Below are positions 32,236 through 42,319 of a stretch of DNA of 64,000 bases, piece after piece. The position numbers were made by a program, and so were the translations under genes. Below the pieces are notes generated by a model. The model saw only the letters and a list, made by a program, of their open reading frames with translations, was not told where the DNA came from and did no database searches. Every line of letters starts with the position of its first letter. Position 1 is the stretch's first letter. Origin of the DNA: Pelagomonas calceolata (Eukaryota); NCBI GenBank assembly GCA_918797485.1, contig CAKKNE010000004.1, forward strand, positions 3,038,001 to 3,102,000, written 5' to 3'.

Positions 32236-34425
32236 ATGTCGCTCCGCGACAAGCTCGTCGCCTACCGCAAGCGCGTCGCCGACGGCAAGCCGGCCTTCTG
32301 CGTTTTTGATAATAAGACGATCGACGCCATCGTCGACGCCAAGCCCACGTCCGTCGCGGCCTTCGGCCGCGTCGCCGGCATCGGCCCGACGAAGCGCGAA
32401 AAGTACGGCGAAGACGTCGTGCGCATCTGCGCCGAGCACGGCGGCGGCGCTTCTGGAAAACCGCTCGGACCGTCGAGGCCGCGGAAGCGCGTCGCCCAAC
32501 CCAGCAACGGGGGAGGCGCCCTCGAGGGCTTCTTCGCGCCGCGCGGCAAGAAGGCCAAGGTCGAGCTCCCGCCCGGGCCCGCGCCGCCGAAAAAAGAGGA
32601 CCTCACGGCCGACCAAGTGCACGCCGCCGAGGTGGCTATTGGAGGGCGCAGCGTCTTTTTGACGGGCGGCGCCGGCACGGGCAAGTCGTTTCTATTAAGG
32701 TACATCATCTCCGAGTTGAGAAAAAAATATACTCAAGAGGGCGCCGTCGCCGTGACGGCGCCCACTGGTATTGCAGCCCAACATGTCGGCGGCGTGACGA
32801 TCCACTCGTGGTCGGGCATGGGTTTGGGCAAGGGCCGCGTCGAGCAGATCGTCGAGAGGGTATCGAAGAGCGGGCCGGCGACGAGACGATGGAACGACGC
32901 CCGCGTCTTAGTCATTGACGAGGTGTCCATGCTTGACAGCGAGTTATTTTCAGCTTTAGATGGCATTGGGCGAAGGACGCGGAGAAACGAGACGGAGCCC
33001 TTCGGGGGCGTCCAGCTCGTCTGCGTCGGGGATTTTTTCCAACTGCCGCCGGTAGATCTCGGGGAGTACGGCAAGGGCTTCGCGTTCCAGAGCTACGCTT
33101 GGGGTAGAGTTGGACTCTCCCCAAATGCACCTGGGTGTTTACTCCTCAAGCAGTCCATCCGCCAGAGCGGGGACTCGAAATTCGCTTCACTGCTAGATGG
33201 ATTGAGGCATGGGAACCTATCCACCCAAGCGAAGGACGCCTTAGATGCGTGCCATGTGCGGTGCAAGCCCCCGCCGTCCGATAACATCGTACCCACCAAA
33301 TTGTACTGTACGAATAGAAACGTCGACGACGAGAATTTGAGGAGATTGAAGGCCCTGCCTGGTACTATCGAGCAGATTTCAGCGAAAGACGACTGGCGCG
33401 GCACGCCTAATTCAGATGCGCGGCGCCAGTGCGAGGACAAAGCTTCGAAGAATAATGCCCCACCTATATTTGCGTGCAAGGTCGGTGCGCAAGTAGTATT
33501 ACTCAAAAACATGCCCGAATATGGATTAGTAAACGGTTCCCGAGGCGTCGTCGAGTCGTTCGAGCGGCGCAAGGTCACGACTCAAAGAGAAAACGTGGTC
33601 ATCAAGGACGCCGTCGTCCCGATCATATCTTTCGAGAACGGCATTAAAAGATCGATAGAGCCCGTGTCGCAGTGGTACCCGGCGAACACGTCCTCCGCCG
33701 CTCTTGTACGGACGCAAGTACCTCTGAAACTAGCCTGGGCATTAACCGTACATAAGAGCCAGGGCATGACGTTATCTCGCGTCGAGGTGCAGCTGGCGAA
33801 CGCCTTCGAGTACGGCCAGGCCTACGTCGCGCTGTCGCGGGCGACGGACCTCCAAGGGTTGTGGCTGCGGGGCCCGCCCCTGGAAAAGAGCGCCGTCAAG
33901 GCCCACCCCGACGTGAAGAAATTCTACGCGGCGCTCGAGCCGCCGCCGCCGTCCTCCCTGACGGAGGAGCAGCGCGCGCGCATCGCGCGGAACAAGGCCG
34001 CCGCGCAAGCGAAGCGCCAGCCCGCCTTCCAGGCGCGGTCGGACCCGGCGCCGCCGCCTGCCTTTCAGGCGCGGTCGGCGCCTCCTGTGCCGCAAGCGCG
34101 CTCGGCGCCCGTGCCGCCGCCCGTGGCCGAGCCGGTTCAGGCGCGCTCGGCGCCCGCGCCGCCGCCGCCGCAAGCGCGCTCGGCGCCGCCTGCACCCGAG
34201 CCGTTTCAGGCGCGCTCGGGCCCGCCGGTACCGCCCGTGGCGTTCCAGCCGGCGTCGGTCGCGGCGCCCCCGGAGGACGAGTCGCCGCGCGCGACGTCTG
34301 CTGCAGTCGTGTCCGCGCCGCCGTCGTTGACCGACGAGCAGCGAGCTCGGATCGCGCGGAACAAGGCCGCGGCGCAAGCGCGGCGAGGACGCAAGGACTC
34401 GGGCGCGTCGAACTCCTCGTCGTAA
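32236..34425 (+). CDS. PIF1: PIF1-family DNA helicase with N-terminal HRDC domain
   Basis: TGGAGTGKS, DEVSML, PFGGVQL-GDFFQLPP, LAWALTVHKSQG, GQAYVALSR; HRDC GIGPTKREKYG. Confidence 0.92.
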   Translation: MSLRDKLVAYRKRVADGKPAFCVFDNKTIDAIVDAKPTSVAAFGRVAGIGPTKREKYGEDVVRICAEHGGGASGKPLGPSRPRKRVAQPSNGGGALEGFFAPRGKKAKVELPPGPAPPKKEDLTADQVHAAEVAIGGRSVFLTGGAGTGKSFLLRYIISELRKKYTQEGAVAVTAPTGIAAQHVGGVTIHSWSGMGLGKGRVEQIVERVSKSGPATRRWNDARVLVIDEVSMLDSELFSALDGIGRRTRRNETEPFGGVQLVCVGDFFQLPPVDLGEYGKGFAFQSYAWGRVGLSPNAPGCLLLKQSIRQSGDSKFASLLDGLRHGNLSTQAKDALDACHVRCKPPPSDNIVPTKLYCTNRNVDDENLRRLKALPGTIEQISAKDDWRGTPNSDARRQCEDKASKNNAPPIFACKVGAQVVLLKNMPEYGLVNGSRGVVESFERRKVTTQRENVVIKDAVVPIISFENGIKRSIEPVSQWYPANTSSAALVRTQVPLKLAWALTVHKSQGMTLSRVEVQLANAFEYGQAYVALSRATDLQGLWLRGPPLEKSAVKAHPDVKKFYAALEPPPPSSLTEEQRARIARNKAAAQAKRQPAFQARSDPAPPPAFQARSAPPVPQARSAPVPPPVAEPVQARSAPAPPPPQARSAPPAPEPFQARSGPPVPPVAFQPASVAAPPEDESPRATSAAVVSAPPSLTDEQRARIARNKAAAQARRGRKDSGASNSSS

Positions 34426-34792
34426 TCATTCTGGTGTATATACGTTTCCCCTACCCTATCTCAAGAGCTCCTCTGAGAGGACGTGATCGAGCACCAAAAC
34501 GCACAACATCCATAACCTGTGCGATGTTACGGTGCTAGGACTAGTGGGCGGAGCCCCTGGGGGGGAGACACCGCGCGTCGCCGATTCATCGGCGGCGGGC
34601 GCGGGCCGCTTCTTTCATAACAGCGTACCTCCTTCTAAGCAGAACCGCCTCGGCAACCCCCCCGAACAATGTGCAACGTTCGCCCGTTCAATCAAACTGT
34701 CCCGCGACTTCCCGCAGGCGACCTTGGACCGCGGCGACGCGTTCGGCACCGTACACTCCAACAAAGCCAGTAGACACTCGGCCCGTAACGCA

Positions 34793-34815
34793 GCTAGCGG
34801 TGTAAGGACACTAGC
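34793..34815 (+). promoter_or_regulatory. Conserved upstream element (1-nt insertion)
   Basis: gctagcggtgtaaggacactagc. Confidence 0.65.
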
Positions 34816-34840
34816 AGCCGAGCTCTGACTGGCTTGGCTC

Positions 34841-34898
34841 TCCACGCCATCGACGCGAAAGGACTGATTGATAAAGGCGGTGAGATTGATTTCTACAC
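34841..34898 (+). mobile_element. Introner-family remnant in 5' non-coding DNA
   Basis: tccacgccatcgacgcg and ttgatttctacac. Confidence 0.5.
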
Positions 34899-34927
34899 CT
34901 GTGCGCCATCGCTGCAACCACTATTGC

Positions 34928-35935
34928 ATGCGTGCGACACTTATGCTGCTCGTCAGCCGCGTTGCAGCCTTCACATCTCGCATTGCACCAGCCAAGCGAG
35001 TCGTACGCATGGCGTCAGGCCTCACAGATCACGAGAAATTCCTCTTCGACCTGAACGGGTACTTGGTCGTCCGCGGCGCGCTGTCGGCCGACGAGATCGG
35101 AGAACTCAACGCAGCAATAGACGCGCACAGCCACGAGGCCATCTCGCGCGACGCCACGGCGCTCAAAAATGCGAAGCGAGCTGGTTGTTTTGGCGCCAAG
35201 GGGTCGCGACGCGACCTCGGCGGCATGCTTAATTGGGAGCAGGACGGCTTCCGGAAACTGCTGGCGCACCCGAAGCTCGCGCCCTACTGCGACGCTTTAT
35301 TAGGGCCGGGCTACCGCCTCGACCACCAGCCGATGGTGCTCCAGCAGGACGCGGGCTCCGAGGGATTTTCTTTGCATGGAGGCCCATTGAAAGGTGACCA
35401 CGACCTGAACCCCGAGCTCCAGTACCGCTGCGTCAACGGCAAGCCGTGGAACACGCTCGTGGCCATGGCGGCGCATTTGGTCGACGCGCCGGCGGGCGCG
35501 GGCGGTTTTTGTGTGGTCAAGGGCTCGCACAAATCTAATTTTGTGGTACCGCCCGAGTGGTGCGCGGGCCTGAACGACGAGTTTTCGAAGGAACACGTCT
35601 ACCAGGTCGAGACGAAGGCGGGCGACGTCGTCTTCTTCAGCGAAGCCACCGTGCACGGCGCGCTGCCCTGGACCATGCCTTATGAAAGGCGCCTCGCGCT
35701 CTACCGCTTCGCGAATGCCAACTACGCCTACGGCCGGGCCTACCTCAACGAGTGGTCCGGCGCGGCGGCCAGGTGCACGGAGGCGCAGAAAGCCGTGCTC
35801 CTGCCGCCCTACGCGCCGCGCCTCGAACGGCCCATGGTGCCCGCGGCGGGCGACGCCGGCGAGGTCGTGGCCTTTGAACGCGATGCGAAGAAGAAGGCGC
35901 ACGACGTCGCGGTCTTCGGCACGGACTATTTTTAG
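34928..35935 (+). CDS. Phytanoyl-CoA dioxygenase (PhyH)-like protein with organellar presequence
   Basis: FLFDLNGYLVV, LHGG, GGFCVVKGSHK, AGDVVFFSEATVHG. Confidence 0.85.
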   Translation: MRATLMLLVSRVAAFTSRIAPAKRVVRMASGLTDHEKFLFDLNGYLVVRGALSADEIGELNAAIDAHSHEAISRDATALKNAKRAGCFGAKGSRRDLGGMLNWEQDGFRKLLAHPKLAPYCDALLGPGYRLDHQPMVLQQDAGSEGFSLHGGPLKGDHDLNPELQYRCVNGKPWNTLVAMAAHLVDAPAGAGGFCVVKGSHKSNFVVPPEWCAGLNDEFSKEHVYQVETKAGDVVFFSEATVHGALPWTMPYERRLALYRFANANYAYGRAYLNEWSGAAARCTEAQKAVLLPPYAPRLERPMVPAAGDAGEVVAFERDAKKKAHDVAVFGTDYF

Positions 35936-36140
35936 GGAGCGAGGGTAAATCTATTGAGTGTGTATGAAGGTGCGTCCTCCTTCCTGCTCCGGTTTCGGGC
36001 AACAGTTGTGTGGAGTTAACCTCCTCCGCGGCCCGCGGGCGGCTACGTTTTCTAGCAAAACGCGCGCGGCGCGGCTGGTCGTTTCCTCTACCTCTGCGGA
36101 GAGCCAGGAGAGGCCTGGATGCGCCTCGTACGAATACTTC

Positions 36141-36163
36141 CTAGTGTCTTACAGGCCGCTAGC
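36141..36163 (-). promoter_or_regulatory. Conserved upstream element
   Basis: ctagtgtcttacaggccgctagc. Confidence 0.7.
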
Positions 36164-36249
36164 CTCAAAATCGCTAGGGGTCAAAGGCCAATATATCCTA
36201 CGCTCACGACCTCACCGCCGGAAAATTTAAGCACAGAAACACGGCCAGA

Positions 36250-36967
36250 ATGACGGCCGAGGACGCGAGCGATGCGCCGCGGGCCGCGGCGAACGGCGAG
36301 GCCGCCAAAAACAATAAGACAGGACCCGGCTCGCCCGTCGCGCGCCGCGGCGGCCCCCGCGCCCCCCGGGGCCCCGTGGCCGAGCCCTCGGCGAAGCCGA
36401 GAGGAAGAGGCCGCGGCAGCGCCGCCTCCCGCAAGCACGGCCACGAAACCGTCGACGGCCGGCCGCGCGCGCCTTTGCCCGGCACGTCCAAGCGGCGCAC
36501 GGCGGGTAATGGAGGCGCGCGCCATTCTGGAGAGGTCGTCTACGTCTGCCAGTCCTACGGCTTCATCCGGAAAGATGGAGATTCATCATCAGAGGACATA
36601 TTTATGCATCTCGTTGATGTGGATTTTGAGCCGAAGCTCAGGGATCGGGTCTCCTTCGAGCTGGCCACGTTCCGCGACCGGCCCAAGGCCGTCGAGGTGA
36701 CGCTCGAATCGAGCAGGGGCCCGGACGACCGTTCTGTGAGATTGCAGAACGTACGCCGAGTTCGCCTCGCCCGCGGTCGCCGCCGCGGCGCTCGAGCAGT
36801 GCCGCGGCAAAAAAATCGGCGACTCGAGCTGCAAGTTCGACGTCTGCCAGAAGCTGCCGAACTTCCACGACAAAAAGCCGCAGCGGCGCGAGCGGCGGCC
36901 GCCGCGCGCGGCGGCGCCGGCGCCCGCCGAGGCCTCGGCCGCGTCCGAGTCGAAGCGCGACGCATGA
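36250..36967 (+). pseudogene. Cold-shock domain + broken RRM gene, frameshift at ~36751
   Basis: YGFIRKD-DIFMH CSD; SVRLQNV then +1-frame YAEFASPAVAAAALE. Confidence 0.55.
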
Positions 36968-37253
36968 CGCGCCACCACCCCCCTCCCTATCCCCTGTCCC
37001 CCAAATCAAACAACAACGCACGAGACGAACGAGATCCGCAGGGCCGCGGCCTCGCGCCGCCGCCGCACCACACTTGCTGCCGCCGAGCACGCGCCGCGCC
37101 GCCCGCGCCCGCCGGTAACCAACATAGATTTATCGCCTCCACGCCATCGCCGGTTCGAAACAACACCCACCACCGTACCCGTGACCGACCGTGAGTCGGC
37201 GTGACGACCGACCGTGACAACAACGGAACACTCACTGACCACTCATCGAGTAC

Positions 37254-38521
37254 TTAGTCGTAGTCGTCGAACTCGTCGGCGGCCCCGCGCGTCATCGACG
37301 CGGAGAAGGCCCCATAATCGACCTTCTTCTTCCGCGTCTGCGGCGGGATGTAGCCCTCCGTCGACGTCGCGGCCGGCGGCACCGCGGCGTCGTCGTCGTC
37401 GGACGACGAGTCGGGCGGCGCCGGCGCGGGCGTCTCCGGCGGCGGCGCCGCGTCGTCCGACGAGTACTCGGAGTCGAGCATGCCGCCCGACGCCGCCAGG
37501 ACCGTGTCGGCGTTGTGCCGGTCCCGCTCGGCGGCGAGGCCCTGGAGGACCTCGGTCGTGTGCTGCTCCTGCTCGCGCTTGATCTGGGCGGTCTCCGCGT
37601 CGGTGGCCTCGCGCGCGTCGCGCTCGAGCGCCTCGATGACCGCGGCGTCGTGGCGCGCCGCGGCGCGCCGTTCCGCGTCGCGCGCGGCTCGTTCGCGCGC
37701 CGCGTCCAATTCGCGCTCCGCGACGTCGCGGCGCTTGGCGCGCACGGCCGCCTCGATGTCTGCCGCCTCGGCCGCCAGCAGCTTCTCGTCGTTGTGCTTC
37801 CGGACGGCGTCGCGCTCCCTCTGTTTCAATGCTTCCAGCTCCTCGAGGCGCTCGCGCCGCTTCTGGAGCTCGATTTCGGGTCCGAGCCTGTGTGGAATTC
37901 AAACTTCGGGCGACCCACGGAAACACGTCTGCTCGATGGCGTGAAGGTTGACGAAGGTCTCTCGCAATAATTCCACACAGGTCCAAACTCCGCGGCCGCG
38001 ACGAAGACGCCCTTCGCCGCGTTGCGCAGCGCGACGGCGGCCGTGCTCTTACCGGACAAAGCAGCGTCGGCCTTGGCCTCGGCCGCTTCCAGGTCCGCGA
38101 GGAGCTGCCGGTTCCGCGCGACGGCCTCGGACCGCTGCGCGCGCAGCGCCGCCTGCGTGCGCGCCCGCGACCGCTTGCGCACGTCCTCGAACTCCTGGGC
38201 CGTGGCGACGCGCGCCGCGCCCTGGCGCTTGGCGACCTCGTGCGCGAACGCGGCGCGGTCGCGCCGCGCGTCGAGGGCCTCCATTTTGCGCGCGAAGCGG
38301 CGCCGCGCGGCGCCGGGGCTCGCGGGCGCCTCCCGGGAGACGGGCTGCATGCGCGACGGGATGGGCCTATCTAGCGTCGCGTCGAAGAGCGCGTTGCGGC
38401 CCTTGGACAGCGTCGCGTCGAGGGCAGCCGCGTTCGCCCGGTCCGCGAGGGGGTCGCGCTCGGGCTCCGCCGGCGGCGTGGGCCCCGGCGGCGGCGGCAC
38501 GGCGGGCAGCGGTGTGGCCAT
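37254..38521 (-). CDS. Hypothetical coiled-coil protein; intron 37888-37988
   Basis: Splicing joins two ORFs: AAAE|LGPEIELQKRRERLEE. Confidence 0.7.
37888..37980 (-). mobile_element. Introner element with 12-bp TIR and 6/8 TSD
   Basis: CTGTGTGGAATT...AATTCCACACAG; flanks gtccgagc / gtccaaac; internal ctgctcgatggcgtg. Confidence 0.85.
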
Positions 38522-38814
38522 GGTCCAGCCTCAAAGTTGCCAGTTGTCTCGAAGGCAAAAACGAGCGGCAATCTAGTATGTTCACTAGCGCACGTTACGC
38601 CTCTCTGCACGGGAGGACGCCTCCTTGCCCGTCATTTCTGAAACCCGTTTTGCAATCCTGAAAATGGAGGCCGCAAAATAGGGCCTTTTAGCAGTGGTCG
38701 CTCATGAAAGGTAGGTCTAACTGCGACCTGACTGCGACGCAGCGGGCGCATAAATCACCAAGCAAGGTGGCTTCGCCAGCCCAGCGCGAGGGCGCCACCG
38801 TGGAAACCACATAC

Positions 38815-39915
38815 ATGCTGGCCCTGCGCAACGAGGGCCCGCCGCCCGACGCCAAGCGCGCCCAGGCCGCCCTGAAATACATGCCGCCCGACGGCCCGAA
38901 GGCCACCGTGAAGTGGCCGAGCAAGGAAGGGCAACGAGGGCGACGGGGCGTATCTCTGGCCGTCGCCTGCGGCGGGTCGCTCGGTCGCATGGAGTTAGCG
39001 GGCACGAAGCACATCCTGCGCATAAATAACGGCGAGGAGGACTACGCGACGATGGACGTGTCTGGTGTAGCGGAGGAGGATTTGAAGCGGTTGGCGCCGT
39101 CGTTCATCGAGCAGCCGAAGGCACCGCGGCCCGCGAAGAAACCGAGGCGCTTCGCGGACGTCTTGCAGGACGGGCCCGCCGCGACCTGGTCCGAGGCGCC
39201 CCCACCGATGATCCAACGGGAGAAGCCCAAGCCCGCGAAGGCGTCGCAAGCTAGACAGCGGAAGCGGCCGTTGCTCGAAATGGCCCAACTCCGGGGCGAC
39301 TTTGGGGGGCGGAAGGCCTATGTTTCTCGCGTGTTGTGTGGCCCTAGAGATATTGTAGGTCAGGCGGCCCAGCCGGGCGGGCTGCTGGAAGCGGCTGGTA
39401 ATTTAACTCAAACCGCGATGCCGAATTTAGCTCGAAGCCATATCGACGCTCTACTAGCGGAACGGGGCACGGCCTGCTTCGTGGCGCACACGATCGACGA
39501 GAACGACCTCGACGGCGACTCCACGGCGAAAGATGACGTCTTGGGGTGTGCCGCGGTCCGCCGAGCGCATGCCAAACTCTTCCAGGTGTCCTTCCTCTGC
39601 GTCGCCGAGGCGTCCCGTAATAAGGGCGTCGGGTCGCAGCTCGTGCGCCGCTTGTTATCTCATGCGAGGAAGTACAAGGTCCCGCGCGTCGCCGTCTACG
39701 CCGACAAGAAGTCGTTACCTTTTTTCGCGCACCGCGGTTTTAGACCGATGGAGAAGAAGGACCTCCCGCCGGGCCAGTGCGACTGTCTGGACCACTACTC
39801 CGAGTCGACGCTGGTGGTGGCGAAGCTTAGTTTCCCGGGCTCGGAGTCGCGCGCTTCAGAATTATCGCCGCGCGCGCAGACGCGGCCGAAGAACACGCTG
39901 CCGCCGGAGTGCTGA
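38815..39915 (+). CDS. GNAT (GCN5-like) acetyltransferase domain protein
   Basis: FQVSFLCVAEASRNKGVGSQL, VYAD-PFFAHRGF; start uncertain (38704 or 38815). Confidence 0.75.
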   Translation: MLALRNEGPPPDAKRAQAALKYMPPDGPKATVKWPSKEGQRGRRGVSLAVACGGSLGRMELAGTKHILRINNGEEDYATMDVSGVAEEDLKRLAPSFIEQPKAPRPAKKPRRFADVLQDGPAATWSEAPPPMIQREKPKPAKASQARQRKRPLLEMAQLRGDFGGRKAYVSRVLCGPRDIVGQAAQPGGLLEAAGNLTQTAMPNLARSHIDALLAERGTACFVAHTIDENDLDGDSTAKDDVLGCAAVRRAHAKLFQVSFLCVAEASRNKGVGSQLVRRLLSHARKYKVPRVAVYADKKSLPFFAHRGFRPMEKKDLPPGQCDCLDHYSESTLVVAKLSFPGSESRASELSPRAQTRPKNTLPPEC

Positions 39916-40118
39916 CGCTTCGGTTTCAACTGACTGCTGCTTATACACCTACCGTAACATGTGTTATACTTATTCTATCTAGTTCTTTTCTGGGGGCCGC
40001 GCGCGTCGTCGACGTCGTCGCCCAGCGTCGTCGAAAGCGTCGCGGCTTTTTGGCAGCTACCCTGTAGTTTACAAAACGGCGTGCGTTTTCTGCCACACAG
40101 CCCGGCGCGTGGGACCGC

Positions 40119-40142
40119 GCTAGCGTCCTGTAAGACACTAGC
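40119..40142 (+). promoter_or_regulatory. Conserved upstream element
   Basis: gctagcgtcctgtaagacactagc. Confidence 0.7.
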
Positions 40143-40316
40143 ATTTCCCACTGGGCCGCGCCGCCGCGCAAGCTTGATTTGACAGCTGTGCCGCTCTTTG
40201 AAGCACGCAGGCTGCCAGGCATACTTCCCAAACCCTTAGCTTGGCTGCCACACGCTAAAATTCGCAAGCGCACCGGCAAAAACATATCTACAAGCCAACC
40301 AGGTTGATTGGGCGCG

Positions 40317-41117
40317 ATGTCGTCGCTCGCGGAGAAGGAGGAGCAGCCCTCAAAACCTGACGATGAAGAGGAGCAACCCGCCAAGAAGCGCGCGCGCACC
40401 GATGCCGCACCGGTGACGGATCCGGAGGCGAGCGACGACGCCGCGCCGGCGCCGGCACCTGCGAGCGGCTTCGCGGCCCACACGAGCGGTGGCTTCGGCT
40501 CCTTCGGCGGGTCGTCGAGCGGCGGCTTCGGCAGTTCCTCGGGCGGCGGCTTCGGCGGTTTTAGCGGTGGCGGCTTCGGTGGGTTCGGCGCCGCCGCCAG
40601 CGAGGAGAAAACTGGCTTCGCTGCGGCGGCGAGCGACGGCAAGACTGAGGAGAAGGGCGGCTTCGGCTTCGGAGCCTCGAAGGCGGACGACAAGCCCGCT
40701 TTCGAGGCGGGCGGCTTCGGTTCGACAGCGGAGGCACCGGCGCCTGCAGCACCCGAGAAAATAGACGCGTCGAACGGCGAGGAGGGGGACACGGAGCTCC
40801 ACAAGTGCCGCTGCAAGGCCTTTGTCCTCGAGAAGCCGAAAGAAGGCAGCGCGACGTGGAAGGAACGGGGAGTGTGCGTCCTTAAAGTATTGAGAGACAA
40901 GAAGGGCGCGCTGCGCGTCGTGGCAAGGAGGGACCTCACGCACACGCTGGTCTTGAACGCGGCGCCGTCGGCCGTCGACGCGCACGGCGACAAGGCCGTG
41001 CGCTTCATGGCGGCCACCTCCGAGAAGAGCGCGGACACGTTCCTCGTCCGCGTCAAGACGAAGGACGACCGCGCGTCGCTGCTGGCCGTGCTCGCGCCGG
41101 AGAAGGCCTCCGCGTAA
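40317..41117 (+). CDS. FG-repeat Ran-binding domain protein (Nup50/RanBP3-like)
   Basis: GGFG repeats; NGEEGD, WKERGV-LKVL, R-V-R-D-LVLNA. Confidence 0.8.
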   Translation: MSSLAEKEEQPSKPDDEEEQPAKKRARTDAAPVTDPEASDDAAPAPAPASGFAAHTSGGFGSFGGSSSGGFGSSSGGGFGGFSGGGFGGFGAAASEEKTGFAAAASDGKTEEKGGFGFGASKADDKPAFEAGGFGSTAEAPAPAAPEKIDASNGEEGDTELHKCRCKAFVLEKPKEGSATWKERGVCVLKVLRDKKGALRVVARRDLTHTLVLNAAPSAVDAHGDKAVRFMAATSEKSADTFLVRVKTKDDRASLLAVLAPEKASA

Positions 41118-41125
41118 CAATTAAA

Positions 41126-41938
41126 TCATGGAATTAGGTCGAGCGTCTTCTCGAGAGAGTCGGGCTGGGGCAGCCAGACGTTGTACTTGTACCACCGTAC
41201 GACGGCCTGGCCTATCACCACTCCTAGAGCGACGACGGACGCGGCGTACACCGCCTTGAAGTTCTCGGGGTCCTCGCGGAAGCTCTCGATTTCCTCGGGA
41301 TCAAAAATCTGCGCGTCCAGCGCCGCGTCTATGTCACTCTCGCGGCCGGCCCAGTACTGGCTCCCGTAGTCGAAGAGCAGCTCCTCGCCGGGCCGAATAT
41401 CGCGGCCCGCGAAGAAGTCGACGCGCGGCGGCCGCCGCGTCGCGCAGTACCGCACGACGTTTGATCGGGCACCGCCGTCGTTGAACAGCGCCGGCGTGTA
41501 GGCGTCGCCTTGTGCCGCTACTTTGCCGTCGATGTACGCGTCTCCATCAATACGCACGACGTATTCGGGCACGTCGCGGTCGCCGTACCGCCGCGCGAAC
41601 TGCGCGCCGTCGAGGACCTCGCCGTCGTAGGAACCCAGGAAAGTACCTTCGGCGATTCCTTGAGCTGCAAAGACGCCGCGGCCCTTCCCCGGCGAGTCCT
41701 TGACCGTCAGAGCGTCGTCCGCGACCCGGCGCGCGGCCTCTCGCTTAAACTTTACGTCCCACTGCGCGCCGAAGCGGCCGCCGTAGACGTGCAGGCGAAG
41801 ATTGCCGAGGTCCACGTCTAGTGACTGCTCGTCATTTGCTCGTCGGCGCGTCGGCTGGCGCGCGTGGCGGCGCGGTGCGACGAGAGCCGTGGCAAGTATC
41901 CTTACTGTGATGAGCAGTCGTACGCAGTGCTGCATCAT
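41126..41938 (-). CDS. SET-domain protein with N-terminal presequence and C-terminal TM helix
   Basis: KGRGVFA, YDGE, RDIRPGEELLFDYG. Confidence 0.8.
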   Translation of the reverse strand: MMQHCVRLLITVRILATALVAPRRHARQPTRRRANDEQSLDVDLGNLRLHVYGGRFGAQWDVKFKREAARRVADDALTVKDSPGKGRGVFAAQGIAEGTFLGSYDGEVLDGAQFARRYGDRDVPEYVVRIDGDAYIDGKVAAQGDAYTPALFNDGGARSNVVRYCATRRPPRVDFFAGRDIRPGEELLFDYGSQYWAGRESDIDAALDAQIFDPEEIESFREDPENFKAVYAASVVALGVVIGQAVVRWYKYNVWLPQPDSLEKTLDLIP

Positions 41939-42136
41939 GCTGCCGGCTGCTTGTGATCACGGGCAATTCCTGGATCGCGTGCTGCACGCTCTCCGGCTGG
42001 TTTACAAGTCAGTGCTTGCCGAGCAGCCGTACGGCCCCAAGCAACGAAAAGTTTGCAAGCTCTGGCTGTGCACAGACCACGGCAGGCCTACTGGTGCATC
42101 ACTGGCCGCGTACAAGTGCTTTTTGCCATGGCCGGA

Positions 42137-42159
42137 GCTAGCGGCAAGTAAGACACTAG
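42137..42159 (+). promoter_or_regulatory. Conserved upstream element
   Basis: gctagcggcaagtaagacactag between divergent genes. Confidence 0.7.
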
Positions 42160-42319
42160 AAAGCAATGCAGCTCGAGCTTGACGACTTGCACGGTGCCAA
42201 AAGGGCTGCCCCCACGCTACCGTACAGCTCGACGAACACGTCCAACAAAAAGCCACCGCCGCGGAGAGCAGCCGATCGATCCAGCGCCGCCCAAACGACC
42301 AATCAATCGACCAATCCTC

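Noticed and set aside
32236..34425. PIF1 as a Helitron helicase
   Set aside because: No Rep/HUH domain or Helitron termini; looks like a cellular PIF1
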